Virus record (IMG/VR): IMGVR_UViG_2737471843_000008
Span: 1 to 25,478 of that record
Strand: one strand, 5' to 3'
Length of the DNA: 25,478 nucleotides
Origin: a virus
Taxonomy: Duplodnaviria; Heunggongvirae; Uroviricota; Caudoviricetes
Shown: positions 20,383 to 25,478 of the stretch, piece after piece
Layout of the letters: each line of letters starts with the position of its first letter
Position numbering within the stretch: position 1 is the stretch's first letter
Made by a program: the position numbers and the translations under genes
Notes under the pieces: generated by a model
Told to the model about the DNA's origin: nothing
The model's input: only the letters and a program-made list of their open reading frames with translations
Databases searched by the model: none

Positions 20383-20529
20383 AATCGATTTTACCTATCA
20401 ATAGTTTGTTAACATTCCCAAAAAAAGTTTTCGAACCTGCGGCGATGTGAGGAAGGGTCAGGCGGCGGTACTGAGCAGCCAGGGTTGCAGAGATTTGACC
20501 CGCCCCTCCCCTACAGATGGGAACTGTTA
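20383..20529. other. putative cos / packaging initiation region
   Basis: A 147-bp non-coding gap between the HNH gene and TerS, where HK97-like phages place cos. Contains a G-rich tract ('ggggaggggcgggtc' on the minus strand). The actual cut site is not identifiable from sequence. Confidence 0.3.
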
Positions 20530-20880
20530 TCAATTGATGCGTTCGCGCGCTGTTTTTGCTTTATGACAGGGCCAGCACAGACTCTGCAGGTTACTGTCTG
20601 CATCCGTGCCACCATGAGCTTTCGGAATGATGTGGTCCACAGTTCTGGCTTCAACGGCTCTCCCATTGCGCAGGCAGTTCTGACACAGATGATTATCACG
20701 CTTCAGTATGCGCGCACGTATGGCATCCCATTTCGAGCCATAGCCACGCTGGTGGCGGCTCAGTCCGCGTTGATGCTGTACCCATCCTTCGCCACGATGT
20801 TTATCGCAGTAACCAGAACTGTCTGTGGTTGTACCTGCACATCCACGCTTACGGCAGGCGCGTGGGATTCGTGATGGCAT
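20530..20880 (-). CDS. HNH endonuclease (terminase-associated)
   Basis: 116 aa with Cys pairs 'CRKRGC', 'CQNC', 'CWPCH' and 'DHIIPKAHGG' — an HNH zinc-finger nuclease signature. Confidence 0.85.
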   Translation of the reverse strand: MPSRIPRACRKRGCAGTTTDSSGYCDKHRGEGWVQHQRGLSRHQRGYGSKWDAIRARILKRDNHLCQNCLRNGRAVEARTVDHIIPKAHGGTDADSNLQSLCWPCHKAKTARERIN

Positions 20881-20922
20881 AAATACCTCATACCCTGCGA
20901 AATGTTTACCACGATAAAAAGG

Positions 20923-21405
20923 CTACTTAATGCACTGAGTGCGGATATATTCCTGCGCCCCTTCCAGTTGCATCTGCATCGTCATCAATCGGTCTCTGAG
21001 GGTGAAATAATCCCGTTCAGCGGTGTCTGCCAGTCGGGGGATGGTTGCATTATCCACGCTGGTGGGTCCGGTGGCTTCACGCACGGCTGCGGAGCAACTG
21101 GCATTGACCCGCAGGCGCTTACGGCCAGCGGCAACATCAGCGCGCAGAGTTTCATTTTCAGCTTGCGCATTGGCTAATTCTCTCGAGTACTTTGCATCGA
21201 GCGCAGCAACATCACGCTGACGCTGCTGCATGTCAGCGATGGTGGCGATCGCCAGCTTCAGCTCACTGACTTTTTTATCACGCTGTTCTTTGTAGGCGAT
21301 GGCGTTATCACGGTAATGATTGACCGCCCACGACAGGCAGACGATGATGCAGATAACCAGAGCATAAATAATCGCGGCGACTCTGCTCACTGATCTATCC
21401 ACCAA
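20923..21405 (-). CDS. Rz: i-spanin Rz
   Basis: 160 aa with N-terminal TM segment '[22 protein letters not shown]' and a coiled-coil periplasmic domain, lambda Rz-like; overlaps the endolysin stop. Confidence 0.85.
   Translation of the reverse strand: MVDRSVSRVAAIIYALVICIIVCLSWAVNHYRDNAIAYKEQRDKKVSELKLAIATIADMQQRQRDVAALDAKYSRELANAQAENETLRADVAAGRKRLRVNASCSAAVREATGPTSVDNATIPRLADTAERDYFTLRDRLMTMQMQLEGAQEYIRTQCIK
20985..21170 (-). CDS. Rz1: o-spanin Rz1 (lipoprotein embedded in Rz in the +1 frame)
   Basis: Lipobox 'LAVSAC' then a Pro-rich mature region. Entirely inside Rz. True start probably the internal Met at about 21155. Confidence 0.75.
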   Translation of the reverse strand: MRKLKMKLCALMLPLAVSACGSMPVAPQPCVKPPDPPAWIMQPSPDWQTPLNGIISPSETD

Positions 21406-21920
21406 CAGGCTAATGCGCTTTCCTGGTCACGACGAATAACCTGTCCATAGCAGTTATTTGAACGTATGCGGCAATCGCGCCCACCATCTTTTATCCACCA
21501 GCGAATCGCCTCGCATGCGCCCTTACGATCACCGGCATTCAGCCGCTTATAAAACGTCGACGGAAAACACTTACCGGGGCCAATGTTATAGGGACAAAAT
21601 GACGCGATACCCGCTTTTTGTGGTTCGGTCAGTGGTACTTTAATATTGCGCTCCACCCATGCCAGCGCCTTATCACGCTCAATGGCGTTGACCTGGTCGC
21701 ATTTTTCCTTCGACAGTTTCATACCGGGAAAAACGGGTTTTCCATCCACCATCGTGGCACCCCGACAGATGGTCCAGATGCCGGACCCATCGCGGTATGC
21801 CGTTGTGTGGTTACCTTCTTTTTCATCCAGAAACTGGTCGAGAATATCAGGCGCGGGCGCACCGACGGCAATCAGTGCCAGAACGGCAGCCGACAGGCCG
21901 TATCTGATTTTTGCGTTCAT
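21387..21920 (-). CDS. R: SAR endolysin (phage lysozyme with N-terminal signal-anchor-release domain)
   Basis: 177 aa. N-terminal Gly/Ala-rich weakly hydrophobic segment '[17 protein letters not shown]' then a lysozyme-like body. Pairs with the phage-21-type holin. Confidence 0.8.
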   Translation of the reverse strand: MNAKIRYGLSAAVLALIAVGAPAPDILDQFLDEKEGNHTTAYRDGSGIWTICRGATMVDGKPVFPGMKLSKEKCDQVNAIERDKALAWVERNIKVPLTEPQKAGIASFCPYNIGPGKCFPSTFYKRLNAGDRKGACEAIRWWIKDGGRDCRIRSNNCYGQVIRRDQESALACWWIDQ

Positions 21921-21983
21921 GGATATTTATCAGGATTTATCGGTTTCTGCCCACGGACAGGTTTATCTGTTCCGGTCAGTGAC

Positions 21984-22334
21984 TTAAGGTTGTGATTCCG
22001 GAGGAGTCTTCAGAGAACCAGTAATTCTTCCTGGTAGCTTTCCTTTGTAGGTTATCCACACATTCTGCGCATCTAAAATTACGGGGCGCTTTTCCGGCGA
22101 CTGCTCATCCCCTTCACATAACCCGGCAGCAACATCCAGGAAGACCTGTCTGATGCTCCTTCTGGCTGCTGCCTCATAAAACTCCAGCGCGGCACCTTCA
22201 ACACGGTCCAGCGAGATGTCCAGGTCAAAAATTTCGCCGTCAAAGCGTTTTTTGTCCCGTAACGCTAAAGTTACCGTAACTTTATTCTCAAAATTGCGGA
22301 TCCCTTTCACAATCAGTTCATAGTTTTGAGTCAT
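21984..22334 (-). CDS. hypothetical protein inside the lysis cassette (possibly YdfR/DUF1327-like)
   Basis: 116-aa ORF beginning five nt after the holin stop and ending 63 nt before the endolysin start. No recognisable catalytic motif or TM segment. Confidence 0.55.
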   Translation of the reverse strand: MTQNYELIVKGIRNFENKVTVTLALRDKKRFDGEIFDLDISLDRVEGAALEFYEAAARRSIRQVFLDVAAGLCEGDEQSPEKRPVILDAQNVWITYKGKLPGRITGSLKTPPESQP

Positions 22335-22338
22335 TGAA

Positions 22339-22554
22339 TTACTCTCCCCGTGCCGCCTTACGCTTGTCTTCTTTAATCTTGAAATAAAGGTTTGTCAGAT
22401 ACGTCAGCAAGCCAAATACCAGACTACCCAGCACACCTATTGCCGCCCACTGTGACGGACTGACCTGATCAAGCCACTGTAAAAACCAGTAGCCAGCACT
22501 GCCTGCGGAGGTGCCATAGGCAATGCCCGTTGAAATTTTGTCCATGGATTTCAT
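22339..22554 (-). CDS. S: holin / antiholin, phage 21 S-type (pinholin) with dual-start motif
   Basis: 71 aa, '[30 protein letters not shown]...' matches phage 21 S as recalled. Met1-Lys-Ser-Met4 dual start; strong 'GGAGGTGAGG' upstream. Confidence 0.88.
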   Translation of the reverse strand: MKSMDKISTGIAYGTSAGSAGYWFLQWLDQVSPSQWAAIGVLGSLVFGLLTYLTNLYFKIKEDKRKAARGE

Positions 22555-22612
22555 AACCTCACCTCCGCAAATAACGGATGGCGTAGTTTTACACTGAGAA
22601 ATGAAAGGGATT

Positions 22613-22636
22613 TGAAAAGAAAAACCCGCAAAAGCG
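22613..22636 (-). terminator. intrinsic terminator upstream of the holin
   Basis: Minus strand 'cccgc tttt gcggg' followed by 'tttttctttt'. Confidence 0.5.
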
Positions 22637-22712
22637 GGCGAAACGATATATACAGAAAGGAAAGCACTCTATCCAACAAACCACCCACAGTTAATCGGAA
22701 TAAAAGCAGAGT

Positions 22713-22786
22713 GCTTATGAATGATCGCCTGCCCGAAGGTTAGTATTTCTGCACAGCAATTTTGCAAAAAAAAGGCGATCATTCAT
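22713..22786. repeat. perfect 16-bp inverted repeat with 42-bp spacer
   Basis: 'ttatgaatgatcgcct' (22713-22728) and its exact reverse complement 'aggcgatcattcataa' (22771-22786). Confidence 0.8.
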
Positions 22787-22847
22787 AACTTAAACGTCTT
22801 TCAGTCACTCCGGGATTTCCCATCATCGCAGACTGAAAGACTCTAAC

Positions 22848-22922
<75 letters not shown>

Positions 22923-22925
22923 ATA

Positions 22926-23001
<76 letters not shown>

Positions 23002-23003
23002 AC

Positions 23004-23080
23004 TGGACCGCCACCGGGGACTCGAACCTCGCACACTCAACTTAAAGGGTTGACGCTCTTTCCTGATGAGCTAGTGGCGG
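23004..23080 (-). tRNA. tRNA of uncertain identity (anticodon loop 'ccUUUaa'; possibly Lys-like, non-canonical C33)
   Basis: 77-nt cloverleaf with perfect acceptor and anticodon stems, T-loop 'ttcgagt', encoded CCA. Position 33 is C and the T-stem has an A-C mismatch. Confidence 0.5.
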
Positions 23081-23081
23081 T

Positions 23082-23157
23082 TGGTGGCCCTTGCTGGATT
23101 TGAACCAGCGACCTGGCGATTATGAGTCGCTCGCTCTCACCACTGAGCTAAAGGGCC
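23082..23157 (-). tRNA. tRNA with CAU anticodon, ileX-like (probable lysidine tRNA-Ile2, analogous to phage ileZ)
   Basis: 76-nt cloverleaf, loop 'cuCAUaa'. Sequence closely resembles E. coli ileX as recalled. Confidence 0.7.
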
Positions 23158-23166
23158 GGGCGCAGG

Positions 23167-23195
23167 ATAATAACTTTACGAAATCAATGTTGCAA
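23167..23195 (-). promoter_or_regulatory. sigma70-like promoter driving the tRNA cluster
   Basis: Minus strand 'TTGCAA' – 17 nt – 'TATTAT', ending about 10 nt upstream of the first tRNA 5' end. Confidence 0.5.
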
Positions 23196-23277
23196 GCATT
23201 CAAAAATCACCTGGTTAAAAATTACCCTTACTTCCTCCACCAGCGCATTCACCATTTCTATCCGAGATAAGTGGCAC

Positions 23278-23300
23278 AAAAAAACCCGCTTGTGGGCGGG
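23278..23300 (-). terminator. tR'-like intrinsic terminator after the late promoter
   Basis: Minus strand 'cccgcccacaagcggg' followed by seven T, about 60 nt downstream of the putative pR' -10. Confidence 0.6.
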
Positions 23301-23355
23301 TTTTGTTTGCTTTTGCCATCACGTACAAAATCGGCAAAATATCAGATTTGCATGA

Positions 23356-23384
23356 AATATATGCCTTTCAATCTACTTTTGCAA
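23356..23384 (-). promoter_or_regulatory. putative late promoter pR' (with qut region downstream)
   Basis: Minus strand 'TTGCAA' – 17 nt – 'TATATT' at the 3' end of the putative Q gene, followed by tR'. Confidence 0.5.
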
Positions 23385-24063
23385 CACTTTGCTTTGAAAA
23401 TGCCGCCTTTTGTTTTGAACGTGTTCTCATTACAAACAATAAAGCCTCACTATCCAGTCGGTGAAAAATGTGTTTCATTGCAACCCAGTGACGAGTAAAT
23501 GTTTTGGACCAGTTTTTAGTTGTCACTCCCGCCAGTAATGCCAGCTCCTGGTATTCATAACCTTCCCCACCAAAAAGTTCTGCTTTTACTGCCTGCGCCG
23601 CCAGCCAGATTAATTTTTTCAGGCGTTCCTGCGTTTTCCCTGCAATTTTTCTGGTACCTGATTGAGTATTAAATTCATTCCACGCCCACTGTGTTATCGC
23701 GATCTGATATTCCCAACAAATACTCCCGCTGTAACTCCACAACAACCAGGCTTTATGATGTTCTTCAAGAGACAGAACAGCCCGCCGCCACGATGATGTC
23801 GAAAACTCAACCGGGCTGACCAGGGCAATTGATGAGCCTTTCGCCAGTGATTGTTTTCCCGGGATTGGTGGATTATCCCGCGTAATCATTTTTCCGGTCA
23901 CTTCATCTCGGTACCGGATTTTTTTACGCCTGTAACGCCCTGTATCGAACATGGCATTCTCCTGCCAGGCTTCAAGCTGACCTTTTGTTGCCCCACTCAA
24001 ATCAGCGGTGGCGATAATGAGCTGCTCACGCACAAACTGTAAATACTGGTTATTCATGCGCAC
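23368..24063 (-). CDS. putative late-gene antiterminator (Q-like, not lambda-Q type)
   Basis: 231-aa ORF directly upstream of the pR'/tR' signature and downstream of rusA, the canonical Q position. No Cys zinc-finger like lambda Q; assignment is positional. Confidence 0.5.
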   Translation of the reverse strand: MRMNNQYLQFVREQLIIATADLSGATKGQLEAWQENAMFDTGRYRRKKIRYRDEVTGKMITRDNPPIPGKQSLAKGSSIALVSPVEFSTSSWRRAVLSLEEHHKAWLLWSYSGSICWEYQIAITQWAWNEFNTQSGTRKIAGKTQERLKKLIWLAAQAVKAELFGGEGYEYQELALLAGVTTKNWSKTFTRHWVAMKHIFHRLDSEALLFVMRTRSKQKAAFSKQSVAKVD

Positions 24064-24419
24064 TCCAGTTCTGTGATTTTTATCCCCAGCCGCCCACCAG
24101 GAACGAGCTGACCGCGCACAATATTGATTTCATCAAACTGCTCGTCGTCTATGATAAGTCCGGCATGCGTCAGCGCATCCAGTGGTGCTTTCAGGATATT
24201 GTCCAGGTCACGACGGCGCTTATCCGGTGGCTCTGCAATAATCTTTATCGCCAGCCTTCCGGACAGGTTTAATTTCAGCCGCTGCTGGCGAACAATTAGC
24301 GCCACATCACGGCGATAACGCTTTCCGGCCTCCGAGATGAAATACGTATTGCCATGACGTCGCCAGTAGGTATTCACCGTCGGCGGGTAAGGCAAAACAA
24401 ATTCTATGCGTTCAGTCAT
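24054..24419 (-). CDS. rusA: Holliday junction resolvase RusA
   Basis: 121 aa with 'PDKRRRDLDN' and 'GGRLGIKITE', matching the RusA catalytic core as recalled. Confidence 0.85.
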   Translation of the reverse strand: MTERIEFVLPYPPTVNTYWRRHGNTYFISEAGKRYRRDVALIVRQQRLKLNLSGRLAIKIIAEPPDKRRRDLDNILKAPLDALTHAGLIIDDEQFDEINIVRGQLVPGGRLGIKITELECA

Positions 24420-25478
24420 TCATACTTTCCACTTCAGGACACCCGAATTTCTCGCGTGCATTAAAAAACGAATCAGCAACAACAGCTGGCTGCCGTGTTT
24501 TTCTTCAAAATCTTTTACCCCGGCGTGCAGTTCGTTATGACATTTACGGCACAGCGGAATAACAAACAAATCATCAGCCTTTGTTCCCATCCCTCCCAGT
24601 CCATGACCAATGATGTGATGCGGATCATCTGCCTGATTACCGCACGTCATGCATTTCTGCGTTTTTACCCAGCGCGTGTATACAGGCATCTCTTCCCGTT
24701 GTGGTTTCTGGCGCTGGAGATACTGAGCCGGAGACTCCGGATCAACGGCGATGCTTACTAACGTCTTTTCCTGGAGTGGGGGCTGTTGCTGGTGGACGTG
24801 AAGTGGCAGCGCAATATTTTTTGTGCGCTGCTTCAGTATGCTGGTGGCAGTCTGTTCTCCCGGTACGATGTCACTCTCACGGTATACGGAGCGGATTTTT
24901 TCCACCGGTAATCCCAGTGAACGACACAATACAGACTCCGGAAGCGCATCAGCCACCTGATTGCAGACCGCCCACCAGGATAATTCGGCCAGCGATAACT
25001 CCCTCTCCTGCGTACCGCTGATTGCGTGACGGATGACGTCAATCATCCATGCTGACAAGTTTTGATGAGCAAGTTGCTCGAGTGATTCGGATGTCTGGTC
25101 ACGCAGCTGGTTGTCGCAGTGCCAGCACAACACCATTGCGCCGGTACCATAACGGTGAATGACGGTTTCGCTGTGATGATAATCGCCGTGTGGCCACTGG
25201 CAGGATTTAATATGGCGCAACAGCCAGTCAGACAATGCACCAGCACCACCAGCAGCACGAATCACCCGTGCGTTACTGAAAAACGGCAGCAATGTTTTGT
25301 CTTCCACCAGCGGCTGGCGAGCGGCAGGAACGACCCCGGACGGCAGATTACGCATGCTTTTCGGTTCCGGCTCCACCAGTAACCGGGTATTGTGGAATAC
25401 CGGCATGGATTCACGGCCCGGCTTAACGATCACCAGCCCGAGTTCCGGTACCAGAACAGGTCGAAGTAATACCCGCAC
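24420..25478 (-). CDS. DUF968-like (YdfU-like) phage protein with C-terminal Cys/His HNH-like motif; N-terminus probably beyond the window
   Basis: ORF runs to the window edge with no credible in-window start. C-terminus 'CMTCGNQADDPHHIIGHGLGG...IPLCRKCHNELH' is a Cys4/His zinc-binding motif. Confidence 0.5.
   Translation of the reverse strand: MRVLLRPVLVPELGLVIVKPGRESMPVFHNTRLLVEPEPKSMRNLPSGVVPAARQPLVEDKTLLPFFSNARVIRAAGGAGALSDWLLRHIKSCQWPHGDYHHSETVIHRYGTGAMVLCWHCDNQLRDQTSESLEQLAHQNLSAWMIDVIRHAISGTQERELSLAELSWWAVCNQVADALPESVLCRSLGLPVEKIRSVYRESDIVPGEQTATSILKQRTKNIALPLHVHQQQPPLQEKTLVSIAVDPESPAQYLQRQKPQREEMPVYTRWVKTQKCMTCGNQADDPHHIIGHGLGGMGTKADDLFVIPLCRKCHNELHAGVKDFEEKHGSQLLLLIRFLMHARNSGVLKWKV

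Noticed and set aside
22555-22847. Searched the Q–S moron slot for stx, bor, lom or other toxin/virulence cargo
   Set aside because: No ORF of adequate length on either strand; only tRNAs, a terminator and an inverted repeat occupy this region.
23271-23498. 75-aa plus-strand ORF spanning the pR'/tR' region
   Set aside because: Overlaps the promoter, terminator hairpin and the 3' end of the Q-like gene; the hydrophobic translation comes from T-rich terminator sequence.

Overview
The window is almost entirely one minus-strand late operon of a lambdoid prophage of an Enterobacteriaceae (E. coli-like) host, read from the right edge to the left edge. Gene order in phage orientation: DUF968-like protein (continues past the window edge), RusA resolvase, putative Q-type antiterminator, late promoter pR' and terminator tR', a four-tRNA cluster with its own promoter, a phage-21-type lysis cassette (dual-start holin, a 116-aa unknown gene, SAR endolysin, Rz with embedded Rz1), HNH endonuclease, putative cos region, HK97-type head module (TerS, TerL, portal, prohead protease, major capsid, connectors), then a lambda-type tail module (U-like, V, G/GT frameshift, tape measure H, M, L, K, I, J), a collagen-repeat side tail fiber, Tfa and a DUF1353-like gene. 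No integrase, CRISPR array, IS element or toxin cargo (stx, lom, bor) was seen. I found no clear novel multi-gene system; the best candidates for uncharacterised biology are the unknown gene inside the lysis cassette, a structured non-coding region upstream of the holin, a non-canonical tRNA, and the DUF968 and DUF1353 genes. All protein family calls come from reading the translations and from remembered family signatures, not from database searches.
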